64,000 bases of DNA from Paramecium tetraurelia (Eukaryota), in the NCBI GenBank assembly GCA_000165425.1, contig CT868005.1, forward strand, positions 186,001-250,000. The letters run 5' to 3'. The notes beneath the pieces were generated by a model. It worked only from the letters and a program-made list of their open reading frames with translations. It was not told the origin of the DNA and ran no database searches. This document shows positions 28,334-43,585 of this stretch, in pieces; the stretch's first letter is position 1; every line of letters begins with the position of its first letter. The position numbers and the translations under genes are program-made.

Positions 28334-29797
28334 TCAAACAACGGTTTTCTCTAAATCATAGATATCTTGTTATTTAATAGTTTTCAAAATTGTTTTGTTT
28401 TATAAGAGTTCAGGAATACTCATTTTTTCTCCCCTCTCATGTTTGTTCTTATCTTGCATTTGTCTTTAGAGTATTTTTTTATGTTCAATTTTGACTTTTT
28501 TAATTTAATCCAATTTATCCTATTCTTCTTAAAAGAATCTGTCAGTGTCCACCTTCCATATTAATCCTTATAGATTATCCAACTCCTTCTCTTATTACTT
28601 CTTTTTCTATTTAAGTTTAATCGATTATTCCAATGATTATATTGTCTTTTATTTTAGTTCATTTACTCTGTTTTTCTTCCTCTACTCTTCCTCTAAAAAC
28701 TTCTACTCCTCCAATTATTTCCAATACTATAATTTATCATCATCCTCCTTTTCCAATTTATACTTTAATAACTATGATTCACTCCAAGCATTATTTTTAT
28801 CAACCTTCTCCTTCTTTTTTCTGTTCTCCTCTATTCTTCTCTACTCAATTTAATCAAGCAATTCTCCATATCTTAATATATTTATATGATTACTTCTCAC
28901 AATTTTCCTATTCTAATTTCTCTTAGTCTCTTTATTTCTACATGATTACCATTTTATCTGTCTCCGATTATTTCATTACTTTGAACATATACTCTCTCTT
29001 CATTAATTTTATTCTATTTTCTTCATCAATCTGTTTTTATAACTCATCTTGATATCTCCTGCTGATCTCCTTTTTGTAATTACGTAATTCTCTGTCCTCA
29101 CTATGTTATTTCTTTTTCTTGTTATTTAACTACACGTCTCTTTCTGATTACAAAAGAAATAATTTATTTTTCGCAGATGTCTACTTATCTAATTCTTGTT
29201 CATTTTTCTTCTGCAATAAATCGCTTTGAAATTTATTGTATTTCTCTTCTAAATCCTTCTCTTTTTGCTTTCTCTCTTATTTTATTCTCAACTGCATATC
29301 TAATTCCTTTTTCATTTGCGCCTTCTTTTATTACAACAACTCCTTCTTCCTCTCCTATTCCTTTTAATACAGTTACGCATCGAATTTCATAAGAGCAGCC
29401 CATTCATCCTCCTCTAATTAAGTAAGAATGTTACATCCTATCGATCAACGTAGTAAACTGATTTAGGTGGTTTTTCAGAAGTTTCAGAAACTTAATCAAG
29501 CTATTATAAGTAAGTCCTTTAAAACGGCTGCACGCGATTTGTGAATGGTTCAAAGGTTTTCCTCTATGAATCATTAGGAGTCTTATTAGGTAATGAAGAT
29601 TCCCCATTTCCCAAGGTTGGAAAAAATTGTTATTGAGATTGAGATTAACCAAGTTTTTATCTTAATTTAGTTACTACTTAAGAATTTGCTCCCTCCTTAT
29701 GCAAGACCTTTTGAATAGATTTCTGTAATAATGAATTCTTATTTGCATCTGATGACCCATATTTTGATACAAACAAATTTACAATATCCTCTGTCAT
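28334..29797 (-). CDS. Hypothetical coiled-coil protein
   Basis: MTEDIVNLFVSKYG..., DEWAALMKFD motif, long E/K/Q-rich helix, TGA at 28334-28336. Confidence 0.75.
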
Positions 29798-30447
29798 TTA
29801 TATATGATAATTTTATATTTTGAAATATTAATTCAATTAATTTTCTAAACTCCTCATTATTTTTCAAAATAGTACCTATAATACTTTTTGATAAATATCC
29901 GAAGGCTTTATTCAATATCTAATAAAATACTGTAACTAAATTAATTTCAATTGAATCCATAGAGATTAAGTGAAATTATCTGTTGTCAAAGCAGATTAAA
30001 TTTAGATAAATATTATAATTTATGTAAGACTTGAAGAAATTGACATAATTTCAATATCAGTACTATAAGTATTATTATAATAATTAATGTCAGTCTTTCC
30101 AGTTGAAAATTTAAAAAAATTAACAAAATGCATACTAAGATTAACAAACCAAAACAGAGCATAAGGCACTCGCAGGAGGAATATGATAGAAGCGAACAAT
30201 CTCATAATTTTTATTGCCATTTTTTTTTTATATTACATGACTCAAAATATATACTTATAAATTCTGTTGGTATAATACAAATCCTGCATTTTTACAATGT
30301 CATTGCGTTTATTGGGAATTTAAAAATAATTCGAAGTTGAAAATTAAACAAGATGTCTAAAATAACTTATTGAACAGAATTAGAGAATTATATGGTATCA
30401 ATTTTAATCTTTTAACTCTTTGAATATATAATTCAAGTTTTCGTCAT

Positions 30448-30887
30448 TCATTTCTATTTTTAATACTAATTAAGAAGGTATGTTCTAGTTTATTTTAATA
30501 TAGACTCCATTTAGGAAATGATGGTCTTTAACACTTTACATTGGCGAAGCTTAGCCACATCTTTACCTAATACTAGAGTATTAGTTTTTTTTTAAGACTT
30601 AAAATCAGTTTCTGTGTCTGATTTTCGTATTTTTTTGGATTTTTTAAAGATGGATTTATTCTTCTTTTTTGGTGATTCCTCAATGATATTAAATAATAGA
30701 ACAGGTTCTTCTTGCAAATACCCATCAAAAGTGATATCCTAATTAATTTCTAGGTTAGAACTTTGATCATATTCGCACATTTACTCTTCACTAACTTATA
30801 TTTATTCCTATTCTCTTAAATCTAATCTTTAAAAAAATGAATACCTTATCCAACTTATTCTTCGAATTCAAGAGTATAGAAATTCAT
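30448..30887 (-). CDS. Small hypothetical protein (about 138 aa)
   Basis: MNFYTLEFEEQVGQ, then a 23-nt intron, then DLREQEQIQ...LRQCKVLKTIISQMESILKQTR...QK*; the frame closes after splicing. Confidence 0.65.
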
Positions 30888-31259
30888 AAGCTATTAAAAA
30901 TAACAATAATGTTACTCTTAATAAATCTTAATTAAATACGCAAAAATTTCAGTTATTGATCATAATGAGTATTATAATTTTTATACGCAATAAATATGCA
31001 CAATTAAATAAAGTATCATTAGAAATTAAAATTTATTTTGAACACCCACCTATAAGTTCATTTATGCTTTAATAATTAATATAATATTTAAAGTTTATTA
31101 GGAGACATATAATTTAATAAAGAAATACTTATAATAATTTTCTATTTTAATTTTAACAATTAAATTATGTCTCTCATCATAATATTTTGAAGTGAGAGAA
31201 CAATCAAAACAAGTGTTTTCCAATATGGAATTATTCATATAAATATAAAAAATAATAAG

Positions 31260-33563
31260 TCATTTTCTTTTATTGATTTCGGTTCCTAACACCTTAATCT
31301 AGTCCCTTAACTGTAGGTTTTCAATTAGGGTTTTCTATTTGGTTAAAATATTTGAATACCTCTAATATTTCTTGAATGTTGAGTTTTATCTTGAGTTGTT
31401 GTATCATTTTCACATCCTCCTTATCCAATTGATTTTGTTCTGATAAAGATGGAACCTATTTTGTTACTTAATTGGCAATCTAATTGATACAGTTGGTCTT
31501 CTGCTCTAATTCATTTTATAAAAGGACAATTTTAGCACACAAAGTTTCTTTTATTTTTTTATTCTCCAATTCAAGTTCTTACACTCTTAATGAAAGGGAT
31601 TCAACTACAATTCTTTCTTTTTTGGTAAGAGGAGCTTCAGGTGCCTTTTATCTGAATTGCAATTCTCTTAAAGCCTAAAGGTCATTAATTAAGGACTTAT
31701 TGGATTCTTCTAGTGTAAGTATCAGCTTTTGTTTTTAACGACATTCTTCCTTTAATTATTCTGTTTCCTAAGATACTGATTGATAAGTTACGTGAGAGTA
31801 TTTTTTTTATAAAATTTTAACTTAGCTTTACATGTCTTCATAATTGATTTAAGATTCCTTATATTTTGATTCAAGACTTGAATATTCTTAAAATTAAGAT
31901 TGCAATAGTTTTTCTAAATCTTTTTGTTTTATATTTTTTTAATCCCTCTCCTATTTGACATTAGCTAATTCTTATGAGGTTTTTTGATATTAGATAGTGA
32001 TTTCATCTAATTTTATTTATAACTATAATAATTGTCATGACATTACATTGTTTCTAAGTTGTTCACTTTATCTCAAGGTTTTTTTGGTTGTTTCTAGTTG
32101 TTCTTCCTTATTCTCATAATTGGATTGAAGTTCATTAAATTTCTATCTTTAACATATATTAATATTACCTTCATTAGATCTTTGTTTTCTGAAATTTAAA
32201 TGTGTGCAGATGCTAATTCTCCTTCCAGTCTAAACTTATCTGAGACGATCACTCTCAATTCTTTTAATTCTTGTTAAGAATTGTTCAGATCGTCTTTAAG
32301 TTATTGATTTTATAGTTTAGACGTGTTGAGTTCTGAAGCAATTTTGGAGTTTTGTTGGCTGGTTTCATCAACGATTTGTTACAAGACTTAACACCTTTAA
32401 ACCATTCCTTCTAATGAGAGATTGGATTTCATTTATTTTGAATTTTATAATTTTAATTGCTCTTCTTATTGATTTTTTAGTAATTAAATTTCGTTAGACA
32501 AAGCTTTAATTTGATTTTATTGATCTTTTGACCTTTTATCCCAATTCAATAACTCCTTCATTGAGATGGTCACCATTTTCTCAGCAGCATTGTTATTTGT
32601 ACCTGCTTAAGCTTATTGAGTTTGTTATGATATAACTTATTTTTATTATTATTATTTTAAATCTTCAATTTGATTTGTAAGTTGAGAGCAATTCTCATTT
32701 TTCTGTTGTAATTCCTATTAAAGTGCTGCTAATTCGAGCAGTTAATTGTCATTATTCTTTTACAATTCAAGTAATTGAGAATTCAATAGTCCAATGTCAT
32801 TCTGCAATGATTTCATCTTTTCCTCTTGAGTGTCAAATTGCTTAATGTATTATTATTCTTGTTCTATGATGTACTGATTCAACTCTTCAATTTTTGGATC
32901 TGTTTTGTTATTCTGTTCCTTCTCATATAATGTTTTATTTAGATCATCAATTTCATTCTGCAATATTTTGACAGTCTATTCCCAATCCTCATCTTTTGCT
33001 TACTTTGCAGATTCTATTTATTGATTCAATTATTCTACTTCAGATAGATGATTTTAGAGATTAGATTGGATTTGTTTTTCAAGTTCATTGAGTTTTTCAT
33101 TCAATAAATCGATTTCATTTTATTTATTATTGATAATAAGGAGATTTTCATCATTGATTTCATTAACTTTCTCCTTCTCATTCATTAATTACTAAAGAAG
33201 TGTTTTAATTTCAATTTCATGTCTACTCTAAATTTGTTGGAGTTGTTACAAGGCTTCATCGCATTGAACGGTGACTTTCTTCAGATCTTCATTGAGTTAC
33301 GTAATCTATTGTTCATAGGATTCTATTTAAATCTGCGACTTTTGAATTTGCTCGTCACAAGATTTTCTCTCCTTATGCAATTCTATGAGTTCAGCCTCAT
33401 AATTAGCAATATTGGTTTTCTATCTTGTGATTTCTTTTTCCAAGACAATCTAATTGGTTTGTAATGCATTTGCATTTTGAATCAAGGTATCTCTCTCCTC
33501 TTCTAATAGTTTGATGGTTTGATGTTTTTGATTGATTTCTTCCTAATAATCCAAATAATCCAT
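31260..33563 (-). CDS. Long coiled-coil protein
   Basis: MDYLDYQEEINQKHQTIKLLEEERD... heptad-rich, ending LRDQIKVLGTEINKRK*. Confidence 0.8.
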
Positions 33564-33597
33564 TAGAATTTTATTTATTTTATTTTATTTTGTTCCA

Positions 33598-35709
33598 ATG
33601 GAAGTAGTTATTTCACCGGATGAATTTATGAGTGTTAGAAGTGGTAATCAGAACACGTATAAGAAACTGTGTCAATCATTTCTGAAAGTGAAGGATCCAA
33701 AAACATAATTGAAGGTTGCTTAATATATTTTGAAAACACCACCTGATGATCGAATGGATTTTGAAGTGGCAGTGTTGGAATAAGCAACCAAGGAGTTGGA
33801 TTTCTTCAAGAGTCTGCGAGATCCCAAACAGCACCAAAGATGTTGTAAAATGATGATGTACAAACATTACAACAAGAATGATATTGTGTTCAAGGAAGGT
33901 TGTAATGAGTGATGTATGCAAAAAGGTGACTCATCCAATGAATTCTTCATCATCATAGATGGGAGTGTCAATGTTTATGTGCGCAAGAAACAAGAGCGAA
34001 TCCAAGCAGAACTCGAGTTTGAAGAAAACCAACTGAAGACTCTGACCGAAGCAGAATTGGAGCAACACCCAAGCACAATCATTAAATTCTATTAGGCCCC
34101 AAAACAACTAAATAGAAGACTGACAATAAATCTCAGAGAAGACGATTTCGAGCAGTATAGACCACATTAGAATAGAATTTAGGATAGCCAAGTCGTATAA
34201 GCCACGCTTAATCGTTTAAACTGACCGCTAAGATGTCAAACACAAAGATGTGGAGACAATCAAGAAGTTAACCTTTGGCCTTGAGAAGATCCCAGACAAA
34301 GACTTCCTTTTCAACGGAGGAGTGTTCTTGCATGATTTGGTCGCCTAGATACACGAAGGACAAATGTTTGGAGAACGAGGATTGATGATTGAATCTGCCC
34401 GTACTGGCACAGTCATTGCCAAAACCTCCTTGCATGTAGCCGTACTTACTAAAAAAGACTATAAGACAATACTGGAAGATAGTCAGCTAGGTAAATTAAA
34501 CTCAGATCTATTCAAGAAAAAATTAGAAAAAAGACTAAATTGCTCAGTCTGACGATTCTCAAAAATTTAACATACAAAGAAGCCGTAGAAAGTTAATACA
34601 AATTTGAAAAAGTTCATTACCCCATCAGTCATTACATTTATAGAATTGGCGAGGCTCCTCAGTCCTTAATAGTGATCAAGAAGGGCACTGTCAAATTATT
34701 CAAGAAAGAAAACAACAAAGTATTCCCACTTTGCGAATTGGGATAAGATCAATATTTTGGTGAGGTGGAATACTTTGAAGATTGTCACAGGATACACACT
34801 GCTTAAGTAACGTCACAAGAGTTTTCGGCCTATTTGATCACCTATTAGGACTTAGGCAAATTGTTCAACAATTATCCATAATGTGAAAGATTGGCAAGAA
34901 GACAGTATGAACAAAGGCACAAGATCAATCACCAGAGAATTAATAAAAACTTGAAAACTCACAAGAAGTTTAGTTATTCTGAAGAGTTTTCAAAGGATCT
35001 CCATAGTTTCTAAAAGAATTCCTCGCAACCACAATTAGAAATTGTTATTCCAACTGAGGTACCTTAGACTGAGTTTAAGATCAAGGAGTAGGCCAAGTAA
35101 TATTCCATTTAGAAATCCAAATATCAGTTATGTTAGATGGATTTCATTTAGACCACTTAGAAGAAACTGAAAGCCATAAGGAGAGTGCAATAGAGTGAAT
35201 AAAGAAAGTAAGGATTAGTATATAGTGTTTTTAGAGCATAAATGGAAAATGAGAAGAGTTTAGCGGATACTTTGAATCATTTGGAGGTTCAATCTTAATT
35301 AATTAAGAAGGAATTTAGAAGGAGAGAACAGAGGAGGTTTAGTTGTATCACTTTTGACAAGGAATCTCAAAATGGAATAAATCAATCTCAGATTAATTAA
35401 TAGCCATTCTCCAAAACATCTTAAGGGACTCGACCTCAAACCTTTGATCGTCAGAGTAGTCTTTCTCATCAATTCAAATATTAAAATATCACTGAATAAA
35501 TGCTGTTTAATGCGAAATTGCAATAATATGAGATTCTCGATGATTAATAGAGAGACATCAAAACACCCTCGGCATCAGGAATTATGATCTCCTCGAAGCA
35601 CAATCTCTTTAGAACGAAGCCAAAGAAAGTGTTCCTTATGAACCATTACGAGAGAAGGCAGCCAAAAACCTATAGCACTGAGTTATCGATAAAAACATTT
35701 TTTAATTGA
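33598..35709 (+). CDS. Cyclic-nucleotide-binding domain protein (two CNBDs)
   Basis: IVFKEGDSSNEFFIIIDGSV, GQMFGERGLMIESARTGTV, second domain IYRIGEAP...IKKGTV...QYFGEVE; tiny introns. Confidence 0.88.
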
Positions 35710-35739
35710 TTCAATTATAATCTTAATACTTAAATAGAA

Positions 35740-38700
35740 TCATTAACATAAATCATTTTGATGTCTTTGCACGTAATTTAGTGTTTTCATAAAACTATCA
35801 TTGGCATATAAAGTATCACGAGGCAATAAATAAATCAATTGTTTTAAGGATTTCAATCTCTATTTTAGGTTTTATGAAATCAAAAGTGATAGGATTACTT
35901 GTAAAATAATAGTCAATGTGAAAATGAAGATGAACCAGTTCATTTTTAAATCAATTTGTTCCTGTATGTACGTTTCCAAATTTTATTTTGATCTGTCTAT
36001 GTAATTAGTGATTCCTTTGATGATGAAATTGATTGAGACGATATCCTCTGTGGTACTATAATCCAAGTTGTCTTGATAATTAAGTTCATAGTTGTTCCTA
36101 TACTGAACAATGTAGAATTGGGTAGACTCCAAGACTCCATTCTGCAGCAACCCTTAATCTAGTCGTTCGCATAATTGAACATCAGTCTAATCTGAGAAGA
36201 TACTGCATATGTTAATAGATAGGGAGTCTATCACATCAGCACTCCTGATGCCTGTTGGCAGTCGAATAATCTTGCTCAATTGCTGAGTGGTGACAATGGA
36301 AGGTTAGATGTAGTCATAATATTGTTGCAACTAGGATTCAGTGATGTACTTCTTCTAGAATAGATAGTCTTTATTCTCTTGCAAGATGCTACTAATACAG
36401 AGCATCGAAAACTGTTCCTAAAATAATATGCCCTGATTGTATATGGTTATATCCTTTTGTAAATTAGACATAACATTCTCCGTATCCAAGTATGTCAGTC
36501 CTAAATAGATTAATGTGATTGACAAACAAAATAGAGGATACAGAAAACTCAGAGCTCTTTTTATCGAAATCCCATCTGTGAAATTGAGTGATCGTTTGGT
36601 ATTAGTTTGTGAACTGTTAATCACCTTATAACTTGAGAAATGAGTCTGACCTTCTTGATGCTATCGAAAATCAAAATTTGCTGTGAAGTCCATCTTGTAA
36701 TCATAAAGACACAATTTCTAGGTTATAATGAGTACATACTTATTTATTGGTTAAGATTGTCGCACAGATATTGATCTCAGATTCAAGTGCATCGAATTGC
36801 ACCTGCTCACTACATCTGGTTATCTTTTTCATGTATTTAAAGTAGTTATGATACACAATAAGAGAGATGAAGGACACAATAATGCTTAAGACTATTAGGA
36901 TTATTATGAGAGCCTTTTAGGAATCTGAAAAGTTGTCAATAGACAACTAAACATAATCACTAAATGCTTGATTGATATTTTCATAGGCTGATTTGTGATA
37001 TGGGAAGTCCAGCAGTAGATTTACATAAGTTGGCATTTAGTTGGTTTGATTCTGGTTCTGATCCTGTATAAAGTCAAGTTGATTGTAGAGGATGTAGAAG
37101 GCTGCATTCCAAGCACTTGTGTCCTGCTCACTCTCATGTTGCACTTAGGTGTCACTAAATACATTTTAGATCTATTAATTTAAGAAGTAGTTCTTTTGGT
37201 ACATTAAATAGTTTTTGGCATCCTTTACCAATAATCTCTATAAGTGTTGATAAAACTGATCCTGTTGATTGAGTTCCTTCTATTTATTGTACATCAGGGA
37301 CAATTGGATGTTGTCAGTGTAATCAGTAGTAATGAAGGCTTGTAAAATTTAAATGGTCGGGATTATCGATTCTGCTTAGCTTTTAAACTTCAATTAGTAA
37401 AGCAACAGGAACACTAAAATGATTCCCAGAATCAAGGCATTTATCATGTGTATTACAAATATGATTTTCTCGTAGTCAGAATTCGAGAATTCCTGATATT
37501 GCATACCTTTAGAAACGAACTTTTGAAAATCTAACTGTAACTTCTGCGATGTTGCCGAAGCTATGTGATTAGAAGAACCAGAATTGCGATCATTATTAAA
37601 TTGTTCATTGGAATCAGACTTCCTGGCAACTCCTTTGAAGTTGAAGAATTTAGATTTCCTCTCATTTCTTTTCTGGATGTTGATTTTTTCATCCGATTAT
37701 TCTTGTTTTAATCCTTGCATTTGATTCTGAGAGACTGTGATGCATTGTTCATTGATTTAGGGAAATGAGTACTTCTGCAATTTGATAGATCCCTCGCTGC
37801 TTCTCCTCTCGTTGTCTTAGATGTCGTATAAGGTGTTTGTTCTTTGAGTATATTAAGACTACTTTACACTGCTTTTCAGACTGTTGGTTTGATTGGAGTC
37901 ATTATTCTCAGTGATGTCAATTTGTTAAACTTTATTAAACTCAATGACATAGTACTATTTAAAATATAATATAAATAAATAACAATACTTTTGAAATTTT
38001 CCCATTGATGATCCCATATGTCATTGTGACTGTCATATCAATAAAGAACTTGTCCTGCTCACTCATGATGAATAGTTGATCCTCCAATTTCAACTTATAA
38101 TGATTGTACACCGAATTCGCATCCTTCTATTGAATGCCCCCCTACTAGCTGACCACCGATTACGTCATGCCCCTATATCTGCTGGTTTTGGTGTCCATCA
38201 TTTGATTTAGCTTTTGAGCAATTTCAGTGAAATCTCCATAGAATTCTGAAATCTCCTTATTGCAAATTCCACTTGGCGAATCCAGAAATAAAGATTGGTA
38301 GGCTAATGAGCTTATGCCTTGAATGATTTCGTAATCGTCCACAATTATGTGTCCCCTTATATTCTCGAAAACTCCAATTGGTTTGATTTCTTGCATGAAA
38401 CAATACACCGGAAACTCAGTGCCAGTAATCACAAAGCACAAGTCTATAAACATCTCAATGAAAACGATTTCTTAATTGGTCTTCTCGGCTATAAGGTATC
38501 GCTCCTTTCTGATTACATTAGGTCGATTGCTCATTAGAAATAACTCAATAATGGTGTTATGCACAGAAGAGATCAAATGTGGAACTAACTCATGAACAGT
38601 AACTCGTTGTCGGAGGAAATCATCCTTGGATTCGAATCCAAAAAACTTAAAGGAATTCTCGGATCTTGTTAAGATTTCACCTCGACACTTGTGTTTTGAG

Positions 38701-41012
38701 AATCTTGATAAATTCACTTTCAAATAACATATGTTTTGAGGAGCATTGAACATAATTGGGAACTCAAAAAACTTAACGTCCTTTGTTCTGAGATACTAAA
38801 GAATATATAGTGAATAGAATTACATTTTTATATTTCTAAAATTACAGGTAATCACAACGAACCTCACAATAGTACAGCATCATCAGTAAACAAGAAGTTC
38901 TACATTGTGATTGATCATGAAATTCTTGCAATTCACTTTGCAATTTTAGGAAGTAAGAGTTTGATTCAATGTAAAGTTATTGAACTTCCTCGTATGATTA
39001 CTTATTATTGCCTAATCTGATCAAGTAACTCTTCTTTACATCCAGACTCTACATCAATTTATGGATGAATAGACTTCTCTGCAACTCAGTATTCCTGTAA
39101 TCTCCGTATAAGATGGTCTTCCTGATGGATTTGTCATTCAAATTAAACTAGGCTCTAAATAGTGTTTGATATTTAGTGTAACTTATTATGAGATTAGTAG
39201 TTATTTCATCAAATGGCTTTTTTTATTCTTGCAATTGCAGTTTAACCTCCATAACTTAAAGCCATGCCTGTAGTGACTCTTCTGATTTACTTAGAAAACT
39301 GATCAGCTGAGCTATGTAAGTTAAATTAGGTTGGGTGACATATATTTCTATATTCAAAATAAGTTTAATGTAGTATCGAATATATCTATCGATCAAATCT
39401 ATTGAAATTGTTAGACCCTTACAAGTGTAATCAGAGAAGATTTTCATATCCTGTTTTTACATGTTTACAGAGAGAGTCTGTTTCTTTTCTCCCCAAAATC
39501 CTCTGCAAAAACAGTAAAAATTATTACATAGTTCTACGTGAGTTTTTATTAGAATGAAGCATTGCATCAGAAACTTCGATTTGTTGGGATTAAACACATC
39601 AGTTGTCTGATAGACATGCTATTAATTAACGCACAACAACTCATAGAGCCGCAGGAATTGTAGAAAATACTAGTAATTTGTGAGTCTAATCATACTCACT
39701 TACTCTAACTTCTATAAGCAGATCTGTCTTTCAATTTGATGAACATCGTCATTTACGATTAATGATTTGGTTATTGATTAGGAATTTCGTTTCAAAATCT
39801 TTTATTTAGGTGGAATATTCTCAGGATGCAAGGTGTGAGTTATTATTTTTTTGAAATTGAAGTCTGTCAATTGGTTGAGCATTTTGCACATACAAGGAGA
39901 TATCATCATTGACAAGGTGATTATGTCGTTTATGTGTAATTGCAACAATTTTAAAAAGGATAAACAAAAAGCCAAAGAAAATGCCAAGTGAAATACATAG
40001 ATTTTATATGGCTAAACAAATGGAATATTGAAGGATTGATCTTGTAGATCAAATATCAAGTTCAATATTCCAAAGCATGACAACACTTGCTCAAATACTA
40101 GGTTGTTGTATATGGTCATTGGATCTACGATGTAAAGTACGCTGAAGTATATAAGAGTTGGAATTATTCTCAGCATCTGTCCTATCTTAAATGAAGTGGT
40201 GATTCTCAATCTCAAATAATTGGTGTCTTTAAGTCGATAGGATTATTACATGTACAAAGATAGAGTCTCTAATATTATGAGAAAAAGCAGTTAGATTGAG
40301 TTGAGGGTAAAGTTTAAAATAAACAGTCCGATTGAGTAATTGGTTTGATTGTGGATTCTATAAAATATGATGGCAACCCAATAAATTTAAGGTAGGAACA
40401 TGATGTGGGTGAAATAATTGGTTAATATTGAGGTTCGTAGTAATTGCAATTCAATTAGGGATCCATTGTCGGTGCCCATTAATTGTTTCAATAGGAAATG
40501 CTCTGTAAAATCATTGTTATTGTAGGTGCTATTCAGTAGATTAAGCGATTCTATAAAATAAGTTAATAATCATTACAAAAACTATTTCCATCTACTTTGT
40601 TAAATGTCCGCTTATTTTGAAATTTTATTTATTTAAAATGTAAATACTCCAATCTCAATGCAACCACGTTGATAAGCAACATTAAAAAGAGTGATGCCAA
40701 AAATATTATTTAGAAATATATAATTTCTTCTAAGGACAAATATTCTTATATCAAAATGGTAGGCATCGTAATTCTACATAACAGTTCAACCTTATCCTGA
40801 CTCGAAGATGGTTAATCAAATTCAATATTAGTATTAAGCATTCGAATAATATGTTTATATAGCAAAACTAGAGCAATCGTTTAAAACATTCTAATGAATT
40901 CACACACTGTCCAAAATATTTTGTTTTCCTATTCTAATGCTACCTAGGTATGTCCAATCAAATATTATAATTGAAGCCTTTAATATTTCAAACATTTCTT
41001 AATAAATTTCAT
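35740..41012 (-). CDS. Large multi-pass membrane protein with PAS-like domain (ciliate TmcB-like family)
   Basis: N-terminal TM cluster, PAS-like SFKFFGFE...VHELVPHLISSVHNTIIE, further TM segments, C-terminal ILKQLIYLLP; exon structure only partly traced. Confidence 0.75.
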
Positions 41013-42640
41013 TAATAAATGGAAATTTATCTATGTTTTTTAATTTAAAAATAGTATTTTTTTTATTTGTTTTCATTGATTTTGATGGAAGATATTAAAT
41101 GCCATTACCACTCAAATATGGGAATCAGAAGCGAACTTATAATAATTATGGATACAAAATGACTTTTTGAATTGCTTGAATATCATTGTATCAAAATACT
41201 CTAATTATAATAAGGATTATTATACGAATTGCCATAATAATTTTGAATTAAAGTGATGATATATTATTATATATGTATTACTTAATATATTTATTCTTAT
41301 TAAATTCAAGTTTATGAGAATAGAAAAACATGTAAAATATCTAAGATATGCAACATAAGGAGTATTCTAATCAATGACCTAATTATACCTTAATTGTAGT
41401 AATCTTTGCTTATTAAATTTAAGGTAAATTGATAAAATTATTAAGTTTAAAAAAAAATTAGTCAAAACTATTGGTGCAATTCATAAGATTATAGTCTAAA
41501 CTATTTTGTGATATAAAAATTTGAAAGATGTATTTCTCAATATAATAATAATATTTTAAGTATTCATAACGGCTAAGATTTCAGAAGTCTTGTAATCCTT
41601 AAGAATTTTATTACAAAAAAACTGATCTTTTTTATGTCGAAAAAACAGAAATATGCCCAATAAAGGATAATTTAAGAAATTAATAAAATCTTAAATTATC
41701 ATAAACAATTAACTTAATTATAGATAAAAGACATTTAATACTAATAATCAGAATTTTATAAATTGTTCTAATTTTAATAGAAAAATAAAACAAAGAAGTT
41801 TTAAAAATAAAACTATTTCTTTAGTAAAAATGCCTAAAGACATTTTATAATTGGATAATTATCCAATTAATAATAAATTCATAAGCAAATTTTTTTTCAT
41901 GAGAAGCCTATTTCTTAGTATATTTAACAAATCGTATTTTGCACTATTATCAGATAATATTTTCTTTATAAACCCTTAAATCTATAGTATATCTTTATTT
42001 AGATCAAATGCAACAAAATCTCTATCAGCTTTTATTTTAGGAAAACTGATAACTCTTACATTTTGAAATCAATTACTTAATTTCATTAGATTTTATTATT
42101 TAACTTTTAAATATTAAGATTGCTTAAAAATTGGATTTATAAATAATTCATGGATTTATATTTAAAGTTTTTACCAAAGTCCTTCAAAAAGGGTAATTTT
42201 GAAATTTAATTCATATTATTTGTATTCTTAGAAGTATTTTAATCCATTTTCATAATTCAAAGTTATAAGCTTTTTATCTAATTATTTCAAAATAAAGAAA
42301 AGAAAAGTTGATAAATTAATTGGTTATACAAAATTTGGTTTAATATCCGTGAGGCTTATTATTGAAATGTGTTGAAATAGAGTAAAAATAAAAATTAAAT
42401 ATTATTAACATAACCATCAATAACATTATGGGAATAATAAATATAAATATATATTAAATTCATTTATTTCGATTCTTAATTTTTTTTGAACCAAGAATAT
42501 TATAAGGCACTATCCTTAAATGCCAATAAACTCAAAAAAATGAATCTACATCTTCAGAATATATTTACTCAAAAATATAACATGAATAAATAAAATTAAT
42601 CTAATAAATAGTATTTGATATTATTTTACAACACAAAATC

Positions 42641-43396
42641 ATGGAAGATTAGGAGAAAGAGAAAAGTAGAAAACCGATGACTTTAAGCCAGAGAATAAGG
42701 ATGGAATTGTCTCAGTAGTAGGAGGAAAAGAAACCTGTCGAGGGACCTTAGTTGATAAAGCACAAACCATCGAGTTATGATGAGGAGACAGGATAATTGT
42801 ATTCCTTCTATGCTAGTGCAGTGAATCAAACTTCTCAATTTTTTTCAAACATTTTTGGGGGAACATATATTCCACAGTATTAATATAGTTTCAAGCACAA
42901 ACAAAATGTGATAAAATATGTGTTCGAAAAAAATAATGTGATTGCTGAGTATGTGAGCAAGGAGATGAGAAAGAGTCAATAAGAGAAGGACTTGAATGAC
43001 TTACTGCAATTGTAAAATCGAATGATGCTGGTTGCTTAACTTGCTGATTGTAGGAATAGAATAGGAATCTCTGCGTATTGTTGGGGTGCTTTGATGGGTA
43101 GTCTTTGTATGTTATTGCCAATCTCAATCTGGAGGAAGGGGGCGATATCGATGAGTGTGTTTCATCTCTTTGGGAGTTACGTAAGCCAGGCAAACATCGA
43201 TAGGGTTTTCGATAAGGTTTATTAGTTCTATGTGCAAGATTTGGAGGAGTACAAGAAAGAGAGATAGAACATTACGGTGGGGTAAATAAAGCAGAGTAAA
43301 TTGGACAGAGATTTGGAGGATGTAAAATATATTGATATATAATTTATTTAGAAAAGACTAAGGAAGTACTTGCGAGAAATTAGTAAATAATAATGA
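42641..43396 (+). CDS. Hypothetical membrane protein
   Basis: Code-6 ORF with hydrophobic segment IGISAYCWGALMGSLCMLLPI; one 3' intron; TGA at 43394-43396. Confidence 0.75.
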
Positions 43397-43418
43397 GTTT
43401 TAATTTTATTATATAATT

Positions 43419-43568
43419 ATGGATATTATTAAAAACTGCTTCAAGAAGTGTGTGTATGCTTTCAATAGTAGCACGTTCATCAACAGCGAAGAGGAGTGTG
43501 TAAAGGAGTGTGTGGAGTAATACAAAAAAAGAATTAATTTAATCGAAGATGCAAAACAATAGAAATGA
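43419..43568 (+). CDS. Small Tim chaperone (twin CX3C, Tim9-like), 49 aa
   Basis: MDIIKNCFKKCVYAFNSSTFINSEEECVKECVEQYKKRINLIEDAKQQK*: CX3C-X15-CX3C. Confidence 0.75.
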
Positions 43569-43585
43569 GTTATTTTATTTATTAA

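Noticed and set aside
28545..28926. Plus-strand F/S/Y-rich ORFs in the supplied track
   Set aside because: Antisense shadows of the minus-strand coiled-coil gene; the same applies to many other track ORFs.
30020..30340. Short overlapping ORFs in the supplied track
   Set aside because: No motifs or consistent gene structure; at most a decayed remnant.
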